A DNA stretch of 62,976 nucleotides, filler included, from Pelomyxa schiedti (Eukaryota > Protista > Evosea), in the NCBI GenBank assembly GCA_020536535.1. It is 15 parts of 15 records of this genome, joined end to end, with 100 filler letters (N's around TTAATTAATTAA, not from the genome) between each part and the next. Parts side by side here need not be neighbours in the genome. Positions count along the whole stretch, not along the records: positions 35,640 to 39,634 come from JAHLWZ010001656.1; positions 39,735 to 41,288 come from JAHLWZ010002423.1; positions 41,389 to 42,420 come from JAHLWZ010002969.1; positions 42,521 to 45,301 come from JAHLWZ010001891.1; positions 45,402 to 46,680 come from JAHLWZ010002625.1; positions 46,781 to 49,331 come from JAHLWZ010001963.1; 9 more parts are not named here. One strand, 5' to 3'. The notes beneath the pieces were generated by a model, which did no database searches, had not been told where the DNA came from, and saw nothing but the letters and a program-made list of their open reading frames with translations. Within the stretch, counting starts at the first letter, position 1. Each line of letters begins with the position of its first letter. The translations under genes were made by a program, and so were the position numbers. Of the stretch, positions 35,753 to 47,169 are shown one piece after another.

Positions 35753-38700
35753 TCCGCTGACATATGCCCTCCTAGGTCGCCGTTGTGGAACTGAGTGAAT
35801 ATTGCATATCTCCGGCTCATGGGGACTACAATGGCGGCCTTGGACTCTTCCTTCTTCCGGTTCGGCTGCCAATGCTTCAGCATGTTGTCCTCCACGAAGT
35901 ACCACTCCAGTTTATTCACTAGCTCTTTAGGTATGGGTGCACCTCTGAGGCATTGTATGATTGTGTTGCATTCAGCATCCTTCTGTTGTTCTTGCATCAT
36001 ATCGTCCGCTGTTATTGTCAGTGTGAAGATGGTAGGGTTTTCCAATCCCTCTTGCTCTTCATTGTCCTTGACTTCCTCTACAGGTGCTCGTGATAGTGCG
36101 TCGGTTGCACTGTTGCTTCTTCCTTTCCTGTAGAATATCTGTGTTGGCATGCAGGATTGCAGGGTAATGAACCAACGCCAAATCCTTGAGTTGGGTGGGG
36201 TAGTATTCTGTATTGTCACTAACGCTGAGTGGTCTGTGTACAGGTGCCACGGGCCATGATCTAGGTACTCTCTGTGGCGTAGTATTCCACATACCACTGC
36301 TAGTGCTTCCAACTCTGTGATAGCATAGTTCCTTTCGTACTGCTTCAGTTTCCTACTCCAGTAACTGATAACTCTATAGTTCTTCTCTCCTGGCTTTCCT
36401 TGGCTTAGGATTACTCCAACGCCTTCCTTACTGGCGTCTGTTTCCAGGTTGAATGGTTCCTCCCACGCAGGGTGTGCAAGTATTGGGGCTGAGGTCAATG
36501 CCTTCTTCAGCAGATTCATGGCGTTTTCCTCTGCTATACCCCATTTCCATTCCCCTGTGAGGCGTTTGTTCAAGGTATGCACCTTGTTGGCATAGTTCTT
36601 GATGTACTGACGATGGTATCCAGTGAGACCCAAGAATCGTCTGAGTTCTTCCTTGCTCTTTGGCGCCGGCATGTCAACAATAGCTCGTATCTTGTCCGGG
36701 TCTGGTCTGATTCCTTCTTGACTGATGACATGTCCTAGGAAGTGGATCTCCTTGGTGCAGAACATGCACTTGCTGGGCTTCAGTCGAACTCCTGCCTTGT
36801 ACAAGCATGTAAACACTTCTTCCAAATGTTCCATGTGCTCACTAAATGATTTAGAGAAGATTATTATATCGTCGATGTAAGTTAGAACATGTGTCCACTG
36901 GTTTCCTTGGAATATGGAATGCATAGCTCTCTGGAATGTAGCTCCTGCGTTCTTCAGTCCGAACGGCATCCTTGTCATCTCCAGGTGACCCAGTGCACAG
37001 TTGAAAGCGGTCTTGTGAATGTCCTCTTCTCTCATCTTCACTTGCCAGTAGCCGGAAAATGCATCCAGCTTTGACCAGTATGAATTCTCTCCCAAGAGAT
37101 GTGTTGTTGATGTTACATCAGGCATGCTGTAGCCGTCGTTCACAGTTCTCTTGTTCAGTTCGCGGTAATCTACGCAGAACCTTACACTTCCATCTTTCTT
37201 CTTGACCATGACTACAGGTGCAGAATAGGCTGAATTACTCCATCGGCATACACCTGCTTTCAGCATTTTCTCTGCTTCTTCTTTCTCGAGTCTCCGCTTC
37301 TCTGGATTCACAGTGTGGCGCTTGATGTTGATTGGATGGTCGTCTGTTAGTTCTATTCTGTGCTCAACGCCTTTGATCTCTCCAAGCTCTTCCGGCTTTA
37401 CAGCAAAGACTCTTCTGTATCGGTTCAGCAGTGCTGTGATTGCTTCCTTCTCCTCGTGATTCAGGTGCTCGCCAACTATCCACTGTATTTCTTCCTTCTG
37501 ACCCTCAGTGCAGGCCTCTTTCTGGGTCTCCACAGTGCTTATGGATAGCGCGAAAATCTTGCACTTCTTACCATTGACTATGGTCTCTCGATTTTCCCAG
37601 GCAATGTCCTGGCTGCTGCATATGCTGCCTATGGCTTGCCCGGCAAGAATAGTGAGTGGTTTGGCGTTGCTGTTAGCCACTTCCACTGTGACCAGATGGT
37701 CTTCTGTGACCTCCATGAGCGTACTTTGCATCATGATTCCTTCTTTGATTGCTGCTTTGTTCCGATCCAGCAGAACTATTTCTCCCTCATGCAGCGCTAG
37801 TGGCAGGGCTACTTTGACCTTGCCAATGCTCCATCCTGTGATCATCGTATCTTCCACAGCTGTAACATTACTTCTCCTCTTTACCTTCGTTAGTAGATGT
37901 ACTTTGGAACCTCCATGCCATTTGAAGCATCCACAGCTGTGAAGTATGTCGCTCTTTGTTCTTACCAGTGTATCACATCCTAATAGGACTTGATTCTTTA
38001 CTCCGCGAGCGATTGTGAATGTAATTTCGTGCTCGGACTTGCCGATCTCAACCGGCAGCTTGATTCTGCCTAGTAGGTGAACTTTGCTTCCATTGAGGCA
38101 TTCACCAACGATTCTGTTAGGTGAGTTATCCACTTGTATATCCGGTGCTAATCTGTCCACAGTGTCCTCACTGATGACAGAAATCGCCGATCCTGTGTCA
38201 ACTAGTATGGGTACAGTGTGCTTGTTGACTTTGGCAAGCACTGTGCAGACCCAGTTACTTTCTTTCTTCTTGGCCTCGGCTTTGGGTGACGAATCTTGTA
38301 GAGTATTCCGCGGCGGTATCTGCCTAGCAGTTGTAGCAGTATCTGCCTCCACCCTTGGTGAAACTGCGGCCTCAGGTGTGGTCTCCTCCACTTCCTCTTC
38401 CCCTTCCAACCTCTTACCAAGAAAGTTAACACTCTTATAGTGGCGTTTGTGGGATTTATTATTGGACTTGTAACATTGTGTGGAAATATGTCCCGGTGTT
38501 CCGCACTTGTAGCAGACTACTGGGGTCTTTGCTGGCAATGGGGCTGGACTCTTCGGCGTTCCCGACGTTGCTTGCGTTGCTGGGGTCCGGCTCTTGTAGC
38601 TGTGATATGTACTCTGCCTTGCCAGCTGATAGCATTGACTCTTGATGTGCCCCGGCTTGCCACAGAAATAGCACTTGACTTGGTGTGTGTCTCTCGAGCT

Positions 38701-39369
38701 TCCCTTCATGGTGATCTCACTCTCTGCTAGTTCCTGGACCAGCTTGGGCAGCGATGAGGCTCTCGATGTCTTGGCCTCACCAATGAGATTGGGCCTTAAG
38801 CCTTCAATGAAGTGGCCCTTCTCAGCGTCAGCAGACAGAGGTGTTTGTAGGTATGTAAGTTTCTTTACGAACTTCTCGTAATATTCCTGCACAGATTTGT
38901 GTCCTTGCTTTAGCATTGTTAGGTCCCTGGTTATATGGAAATCAGTGCCGTTAGTGTCCAGTGTAGCCAGTGCACTCATTGCATTTTGTAATGTCTCCCC
39001 ATAGAGCCTCTGCTGGAATACAAGACGGTAGCGCTCCGGCAGCTTGCTCTCTAGCATGACCATCGCGTATGAGTTGCTCCACTGATTGACGAAGGCAAAT
39101 CGTAAAAAACTTCTCGCCCATAATCGGAAACTATCTTTCTCCTTGTAACTGTCGGGGATTATGTCTTTTCCTCGAATATTCCTGCTAGTCGATCTTGCGG
39201 CATGTGCCGTGGTTGTACTTGTCGATGGCGTTGGGATAGGCGGTGCTGGATTATCTGTCAAGTCGTCGTGCACCGCCACTTCCTCTTCTTCGGTAATCGC
39301 GCCAAGCCCGTCTGGGTTGGCGTGTTGCGTGACGCGTGGATCGTCATGCACCTCCACCATTTTATCCAT
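35753..39369 (-). CDS. Single-ORF Gag-Pol polyprotein
   Basis: Two CCHC knuckles (CYFCGKPGHIKSQC, CYKCGTPGHISTQC), protease LVDTGS, RT RFCVDYRELN and YIDD, RNase H TDAS and TDHSAL, integrase N-terminal FHNGDLGGH. No stops until the chimeric end. Confidence 0.93.
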
Positions 39370-39634
39370 CCCGCTCTAACGGTTAGAAACAAGCAAGATG
39401 AATAATGTTTTTCTATTCGACTTTGGCCACAATGAAACAATTTTGGTTCGGCTTAAGAGCGCGCGACTTTTCTCGTGCGGTGGTGCGGTGTTCTGCGGCT
39501 AACGTCGTTCGGCGACGCCGTCGTGGATTTCGTTGCTGTCTCGGCGCGATCCTTGATGTCGGTGCCGACGTGATCAATCTGTGGATTCCATTCCCGCGCA
39601 TTAGCTTCGCGGCCATCATGTTGATCATCTAAAG
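35753..39634 (-). mobile_element. Ty3/gypsy LTR retrotransposon A (internal region, truncated in integrase)
   Basis: Domain order PR-RT-RH-IN in one ORF starting at 39369. No complete LTR is visible in the contig. Confidence 0.92.
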
Positions 39635-40429
39635 NNNNNNNNNNNNNNNNNNNNNNNNNNNNNNNNNNNNNNNNNNNNTTAATTAATTAANNNNNNNNNN
39701 NNNNNNNNNNNNNNNNNNNNNNNNNNNNNNNNNNAGTTCGACAGCGGAGCTGCAGTATTCTCTGGACCCTGGGTTCTCTTTAGCACCACCGGCACCATCG
39801 TTTAGGATTCCTCCTGCTGAAACAGATGAAATAACGCTGCCACCACAAAATAAAAAAAAAAATCAATTCGCTAAAAATACGTTTTCAAAACAGCGAGAAA
39901 TTCATCGTTGCCGGGCCCAATTTTTTCAGGGTCTCCCACTTCTTTTCTGGGGCGGCTTTCACAGTGCGAGATAGTTTTGATATCCACCAGCACAGAGACC
40001 CTTGATCACAGCAACGCACTCCTTCGTGTTGTTCCTGTTGTCCCGCATTTGGAACAGCCACCCACCAATCAATAGTGGCACTATTGATAGGTACCCTGCC
40101 GTACCCAACACGAAGTACCGCGATGTGTTCACTGTGAGATTCTCCTTCTCGCGGTCCCCCTTCCTGCAGTCGGGCGCCAGTCGCGCGGCAGGCCCTCGGA
40201 ACCACGAAAAGGGCGTCGGCGACATCATCCATGACCCAGCAGCAGTCGCGCACCTGCGTCATCCACACGTCGCGATTTAGTGCAGGGTGGGAATTTCATT
40301 TTTTTTTGGATTGACGTTGGAAAAAAGCCAAGCGGCTGGCATAAGCATTACACCTTCAATATTTCTGAGTCATTTGCTTCTTTAATGGCCAGTGGTTGTT
40401 GCAGACTTGGATGCTCTTTCTCTTTGTAC

Positions 40430-40896
40430 CTATGGTTTGTGTTTGATGGTCCTTTTTTTGCGGGAGAAATGGGAGTGTACATCAGTTTCCGCAATGAGTG
40501 TGCAGGAAGAGTGATTGGGCACAGGATTCTGAGCGGAGGCCAGTAGAATGGAATGGTGTCCAAGTCCTTCAAGTGAGTCTTGGTGTAGAATGGTCCCTGT
40601 GGAATGTTAGGAATAAATGAGAATGCCGATATAAATTCCACACCGGTGCGGGGGTCAAGGATGAATAGTTTTCCCCAAGTGGAAGCAAACAGCTGGGAAC
40701 ATTGCATGTTAACAGTTACAAAACCGTACCCACATTTGGGGAGTGACGTGGTCCATTGCGTGGTGCCGGTGTTTGCCTCCACACACGTCACTTGTCCATT
40801 CAGTCCAAGCACAAGGTTCTTCCAACTTGATGACCCTCTCATAAGGGGTGTGCTAGGGATTTCACTTGGTGTAGCGGAAGTAGTAATGAGAATCAT
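40430..40896 (-). CDS. Small PQQ-like beta-propeller repeat protein (2 exons)
   Basis: GLNGQVTCVEANTGTTQWTTSLPKCGYG and TWGKLFILDPRTG|TILHQDSLEGLGHHSILLA across one GT-AG intron. Start codon uncertain. Confidence 0.6.
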
Positions 40897-41477
40897 ATTG
40901 GCCTGCCGGTTCAAGTGGGCCACATTTTGTTTTGGCTCGTTTGGTTTGGCGCCATTTTTGTACTACGGACGTTTTTATTTATGGTTCTTTTTATTTATGG
41001 TGTTTCGTGTAATATGTTTTCGTTTCGCTGAAGGAAACCTATTGGAGGCCATTGTTTAGAAAAAGAAATAAAGAGGGATTGGCCAACAGTTCTATTTATT
41101 GGGGTTACTGGTGTTTTGGCACAGTTTTGTTTGGTGCAGCGCGGTGCCGTGTGCGGTGCGGTGCGGTGCCGTGTTGAAGACGTAGATAGAGAAAAAATAG
41201 CGAAGTTCGAAAGTAGGGTAATACACCCAAATACAAGGCACGGCAAGAGAATTATGCACCGATATGCCACTGCCCAGATGACACACATNNNNNNNNNNNN
41301 NNNNNNNNNNNNNNNNNNNNNNNNNNNNNNNNTTAATTAATTAANNNNNNNNNNNNNNNNNNNNNNNNNNNNNNNNNNNNNNNNNNNNTTGTTGTCACTA
41401 GCACACTTTTTGCAAAAAGAGGTTTAACAGTGTTTTTTATCAAATACTACCTTTTTACCTTATTTCCTCTCAAAAAG

Positions 41478-41610
41478 CTTCGCCCCAGGAAAAGCTTCGC
41501 CCCATGGGGTGAAGGTTTCCAGAGGGAAGTGACAGCAAAAACCTTCGCCCCTTGGGTTTTTGGGCGAAGACTTCATAGAGGAAAACACTGACACCTTCGC
41601 CCCTTCGCCC
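41478..41610. repeat. Cluster of CTTCGCCC octamers
   Basis: Direct copies at 41478, 41495, 41543, 41595 and 41603; an inverted copy GGGCGAAG at 41562; an inverted variant near 41506. Confidence 0.85.
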
Positions 41611-41936
41611 ATGATCCAGTTATGCAACCATTTCGATGCACATACAGGGCAGTCACCTCTCCGTTTGATTGCACCGACCACACAAATGTGTCCCTTATGA
41701 TGTTAGAAGCACTCACAAGGAATACGTTTTGGCCACACTTGTTCTTCAATGCCACAATGGTGCCCAACAGATACCCCAGATGCTGTTGAAATGGGGTTTG
41801 CCCTCAAAACATACAGTATTTTTGTGGCATAGCTCTTCCCAACATCAATCACCCAGAAATACCTGCGCATTCCACTTGCTATTAGAGCCACTGCAAGTGA
41901 TGGGTTCACCTTGCAAGGAGGGAAGTGCAGCACCAA

Positions 41937-42254
41937 TCAGGAATCACAATTGTTATTGGACCCCGCTTCCATTCTCTCATGTCTGTGATAAATAGCTTGG
42001 ATCCGCTGTGCCCAATCAGCCACTTTGCACCCACAGGGCCTCACGGACACGTCGAGGGTGATGTGCTTCTGGCAGGCAACGACCCACTCGTCCCACAATT
42101 GCTTCAGCATGTAGCGCATGTTTCCCAGCGCCTGGGTGGGCGACTGCGCCCCGCACCTCGCCAAGACGACCACAAGCGCCAAAGACGAGATCTGGGAACA
42201 CACACTCACGCCAACGTGTATCTTGATGTCGCCCAGCCAATCTGGCTTCGTCAC
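41937..42254 (-). pseudogene. Truncated expanded-family member
   Basis: SQISSLALVVVLARCGAQSP...LKQLWDEWVVACQK, then a stop after 105 codons. Confidence 0.55.
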
Positions 42255-42521
42255 TTTTGTTATCTGGCTTAAAAACGTGCGATAGTGGACTTAAGGGGGT
42301 TCTATTTTCTTCGTAAACTACTTTATTCTAAGGGTCCTAAGGCTTGGGTGATGGTGACATCATATCTATTGTGGCCTAACAGATCTTCCTCAGGGTCCCC
42401 CCTGAGTGTCCCTTTAGCTCNNNNNNNNNNNNNNNNNNNNNNNNNNNNNNNNNNNNNNNNNNNNTTAATTAATTAANNNNNNNNNNNNNNNNNNNNNNNN
42501 NNNNNNNNNNNNNNNNNNNNA

Positions 42522-42629
42522 AATGACCCGCTGGACCTTGACAGTGCCCAGTTGTACAAGAGGGACAAAGCCAGATTCGAGGAAACGGCCAGGCAGTACA
42601 CCCTCAAATATGCTCAGCCTGACGAATAA
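42522..42629 (+). CDS. Ubiquitin-conjugating enzyme E2, C-terminal fragment
   Basis: NDPLDLDSAQLYKRDKARFEETARQYTLKYAQPDE* is a typical UBC C-terminal helix. Confidence 0.85.
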   Translation, partial: NDPLDLDSAQLYKRDKARFEETARQYTLKYAQPDE

Positions 42630-42780
42630 ACAAAACCATCACGAATCAAGCAACAAACAACATAAATAAGTACATAGTGAACATGTTGGGTAAAGTAAAA
42701 TGAATTCCCATCCTCCTTCATTGAGTCTTTTTCTATTTGAAGTTTGTTTGAAAAGTAAGTTAACACGGAACACAGGAGGC

Positions 42781-44883
42781 TCAGTCCTTTGTTTTGTGAG
42801 CAGGTCCAGAGAGGCACTCAAGGGCATCCAAGCATGCTATCCTGGTCTTCTTGTCTGGTTCCATCATTGCCAGCATCACATCCTTCATCAAGCCGCTGCT
42901 CTGCGGGTGTGATCCAGTGACAGTAGCACGAGGGAAGAAAGAAAGGGGGTCAGGGAACGAGGCAGCAAGCTTGGCTGGTGTGAAGGTGGCCATGTTGGTG
43001 TTGAGTGTGCTCCCAATGAACTTGCGTTGTGGTGGAAGGAGTGCATCCCAGAACGTGACCGCCAATGCAAACGAATCACACTTGGAGTAAGAGAACAGGG
43101 TTGGACCGGTTGCCCTGAGTGTCCTCAGGAGTGCACTCAGCTCTGGTGGCATGGTTCCTGTGTTCCCCCACAGTTGCATGTTTGAAGAAGATACTTCAAC
43201 CTCAAGGTCAGGCTTGAGGCATTGAATGGCCTCCCCAAAGTCAATCAGAGACAGTGTTTTGGTCTCTGGGTCGACCAACACGTTGTCTTCCTTGATGTCC
43301 CTTTGTTGTATGTCAAAAAAAAGGAGGGATGGGAAGGGATGAACGAAGAAAACCTGTGAATGAACTTGTTGGTTTCAATGTGGTTCACTGCTTTGAGTGC
43401 CTGTTGAAAAAGATTCACTGTCACATCCCATGGGGCTCCATGTGAAGACGAAGAGACTGGAGAAGGCACAAGGGACTGGAGAAAGCTTGAAAGAGGGATT
43501 CCACCAAAGGGCATGATGAACGCAAGTGACTTGTTCAGTGCCATTTCTCTGAAAAATGGTTGGCTTGCTGGAATTTGCTCAATAAACTCATCTGGCAACC
43601 TGGAGATGTTAGAACCCAAAACTGCCCCAGAGAAAATCACACCTGGGAATGACCAGTGCGCCAAGGGGATGGATAACATTTGGATGTGGAGGGATTGAAG
43701 AGAGAATCGCACACTCGGCCATGTACTTCTGCCTGAGCCTCGTGTGCCTTGGTGTGCTCTCCCAGTTGAACAGCACTTTCATCACCATGCTGCTTGACTT
43801 GTTTGAAGTTATAGCCGTGGTGGTGGCCCCAACAGAAGGGCCATTGGAAAAAAGCACTTTGAAAGCAGCAGCACTTGCGCCAGTTCCAAGAAGCTTCTCC
43901 AATGTGAAGTCAGAAATATCTGCTGGAATCAGTGAAATCATTTGGTTCACCATTTTCTGTTGGATGGTCAACTTAGGTGTAAAGAAGATGAAAACCTTTT
44001 CTTTTTGGATTTCAGCAGTGAGAGATTGGACTCTTGCTTGAAGGTTCAAACTTTCTTCTTTCCCTTTTTCACATCATTGTTGCAACATCACATGGGGGTT
44101 TCGCATACAATGCACCAGTTCTGCTTTTAGAATTTCAATTTGTGTTGTAAGACTGCTCACTGTTTCGGCGGTTTGCTTTTTTTTTTTTTTGGAGGTTGTT
44201 CTGTTGTTGCCTTATTGAGCAAAAAAGAGGCCAACCTGGTTTCCGACTTGATGGTGTGCACACTGGATGAGCCACTGCAAGTATTTGTTGTGCCCACCCA
44301 TGGCTTCATCCACTTGATCTTGTTTCTCTTCGTCGACTGTGCCACCATGCGCCAAAAGCATATGCGCTACATCCCAGTGGCAACGAAGAAGAGCTTCAGT
44401 AAGCGGGGTACAGTCAGTACGCTCCAAGAACCAATTGGATGGAGAAGTATTATTCACATTGGTGGCAGGGTGTCCCAGCAGCAGCCTCACAATCCCTGCA
44501 CGGCCATCGCTGCTGGTCTCCCACAATGGGTTACACATGTTTGGGTCCACACCAACCACGCCCAACAGTCCCCTCACCACGCCCTCCCTGCCAGCCCTGC
44601 ATGCCCTTGCCAGTGGCGTTACATAATCCCTGGCCCCTGGGACCATGTTGACCTCTCTGTACGGTTCGTGTGGGCGTGGTGGCGACAACAGCAGGCGCAC
44701 AACAGCCGCGCTCCCAGCCTCGTGCAGCAGTGTTGTGTCACCACATTCACCATATTCGGCGTTGATGTCGATGGTGGGGTTGCGTTCGAGGATGCGACGC
44801 GCCACGTCGGCATCGCCGGCTCTGACCGCCGACATCAGCTGGTCTATCGGAGATGAATCCTGGACCAAGTGGGGTGACTGCAT
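42781..44883 (-). CDS. Ankyrin-repeat/coiled-coil/atypical protein kinase (about 6 exons)
   Basis: Ankyrin motifs (TLLHEAG, TPLARACRAG, TPLTEALLRCHWDVAHMLLAHG) splice in frame via a coiled coil into LGTGASAAAF, VMKVLFNW, HR|DIKEDN, DFG and GNTGTMPPE. Confidence 0.85.
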
Positions 44884-45401
44884 GGCCTTGCCAAAAAATG
44901 TACTTGGTCTATGGGTGCAGGGTAAATTGCTGTGAAAAAAGATTTCTTCAGTGTGATGAAGCAAGGATGGGTGGGATCAATGCAGAGAGGGAACCTCTCC
45001 CTCCTCGCCCCTTGAGGAATAGATCAGGGTGTCCCAGCCCAATACACTTTACTTCAAATGCATATCTCTTTGAGTCCGGGTGCATAATTTTTATTTTTTA
45101 AAAAATAAACGGCTCTGCCCCGTTTTTTTGGGCGGTGATCCAGTCAAAAAGCTGTGAAAAATCACAGCCCCGGGCGGTGCTAAGTGGTTTGCACCTAGCT
45201 GTTATTCCTCACTGCAAAAGGCCTGGTCTTGCTTATTTGTCCCAGACAAACACGATGGGGTTCTTTGATCCCTTTGTTACTGTGTATAATAGTGACGATC
45301 TNNNNNNNNNNNNNNNNNNNNNNNNNNNNNNNNNNNNNNNNNNNNTTAATTAATTAANNNNNNNNNNNNNNNNNNNNNNNNNNNNNNNNNNNNNNNNNNN
45401 N

Positions 45402-45725
45402 ATCCAATTGCCTCCCCCACCTCACCCAACAACACCAAACACAGGTTCCAGTCACTCCAAACAAGTGGCACCCACCAGACAAGTTGAGAGGGGCTTGGTT
45501 GGGAATGCACTTGCCAGTGGAAGAAGAACACTCCTCCAAGAGGGCACTGGCATGATGATGTTCACACCCACCACGGGTGACAACCCCAACCAACATCAGC
45601 AACAACAACAGGTTGAGGAACTGTTTCCGCGATGGGCACAGCAGCTAGTGACACTGTGCCTCGTTGCGGAGCCAACAAACAGGCCCACCATCCAACAGCT
45701 GTTGGTTGTGTGGAATTACTACTAG
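45402..45725 (+). CDS. Protein kinase C-terminal fragment (subdomain XI)
   Basis: FPRWAQQLVTLCLVAEPTNRPTIQQLL. The 5' part is lost at the linker. Confidence 0.6.
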   Translation: MQLPPPPHPTTPNTGSSHSKQVAPTRQVERGLVGNALASGRRTLLQEGTGMMMFTPTTGDNPNQHQQQQQVEELFPRWAQQLVTLCLVAEPTNRPTIQQLLVVWNYY

Positions 45726-45940
45726 TTTCAAGTCCGATTTTTTCAGCAACAGGTGACCCTTAAGGACCACCACGTTTACGCAATGTACACTACAGGTGGG
45801 TGTACGTACCACGACCATCAGACCTTTCACGGAAAAAAGTTTTCGAAGAAGATTGATTGATTTAGGTTTACCCCAAATCATCTTCAGGTCTCTCCGTTTC
45901 TAGTGGAAGATTGCAGTGGCAGCATCAACTTACAACTCCT

Positions 45941-46680
45941 TCATTGGCTTCCAAGGGATAACTTTTTTAAGGAACCGCGGTGCGATGGTTGTTGCAACAG
46001 ACACACCCCACTGGCACCATCCACAATATCAAAGCTGTTTTCATGCCAGAACACAATGAACCCATTCCCACAGAGAAAATTGCCATGCAGTGGCAAGGTA
46101 CGAATGGGGTGATGAAAGTCATCAGTTGAAAAAACACTCAGTGTGTTGTTGGCTCTATCTTCCCCTGCGAAGTGGGTGTCATCAACCTTGAAAATCTCAT
46201 GTTGAGAAAGAGAGTGGTGCAAAACGCGCAGGTTTGGAAAGGGTGACTTCCATTGAGTGTGGCCATCAACATGTGGAAATGACATGATGACACTATGCTC
46301 TTTCGAGTGGAAGAAGTTGACCCTTCCAACAGTCTCGAAACCATTGAACCTGCCTGTTACCACAACATGTCCAGACTCGAACAAACCTTTCAAGTCCACA
46401 CACCACATGTCAAGCATGTACCCACCACCGTCCTCCATTGTCATGACAGCAGCCTCGTCATCACTGATCATGTCCACCCACGCTGTTCGCTTCCCCACGT
46501 CCACCGTCTTCCCCATCGGTCTTCCTGCATTCACAGCAGGCATCACCACGATCGATTGGACATGCTCCCAGATCACAACCCACTTCCTTCCCTTGGACAC
46601 ATTGAAGGACCACATCCCCATGAGCCCTGGGTCATCCGCCACGTCAATCACCTCGTGCGTCACCATGTTTGCAACTGCAA
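45941..46680 (-). CDS. Expanded F-box-like family member, C-terminal part
   Basis: GRKWVVI, LSVFSTDDFHHPIRTL and GNGFIVF correspond to the family C-terminal motifs. Confidence 0.65.
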
Positions 46681-46780
46681 NNNNNNNNNNNNNNNNNNNN
46701 NNNNNNNNNNNNNNNNNNNNNNNNTTAATTAATTAANNNNNNNNNNNNNNNNNNNNNNNNNNNNNNNNNNNNNNNNNNNN

Positions 46781-46889
46781 CCGCGTCGCGGAACCTGCCC
46801 ATGAGCTTGACCCTGTTTTGTTTGTGTAGATCCGTTCCCACCTTCAACGTCGCCTGTCCCATCCAATGTACTACCGGTGTCGCTGCCAT
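46781..46889 (-). CDS. PEPD: Xaa-Pro dipeptidase (prolidase), N-terminal fragment
   Basis: MAATPVVHWMGQATLKVGTDLHKQNRVKLMGRFR resembles the prolidase N-terminus (W.G..TLKV...L...NR..L..R), recognised from memory. Confidence 0.7.
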
Positions 46890-47130
46890 CCTCCCCAAGA
46901 TGTTTTTTTTTTGTTTTTGTGTTTGTTTGAGTTTTCTTTGTGTTTTTGATTCTTCTTGAAGGGTTTTTCGGCCGATCTTCTGTGAAGGGCCGATGCAGAA
47001 CCTAGCAACTCCGTGTGCCTGTGGTTTTCCCCACGGCCACACCCATCACCGTTTTTCTTCTCAGTAACTATTCACACAACAGTGACGAATGTCCCTGCCG
47101 CCAGCGTCGTCGAAGTGTCAGAGCAGACCA

Positions 47131-47169
47131 ACGACAACGACAGCGACAGCGACAGCGACAGCGACAACA
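47131..47169. repeat. (GCGACA/ACGACA)n hexamer repeat
   Basis: acgacaacgacagcgacagcgacagcgacagcgacaac is directly visible. Confidence 0.85.

Noticed and set aside
41478-41610. CRISPR-like array
   Set aside because: Repeats are 8 nt with irregular short spacers and mixed orientation, there are no cas genes, and the context is eukaryotic.
45255-45301. Possible gene start MGFFDPFVTVYNSDD
   Set aside because: Too short before the linker to assign.
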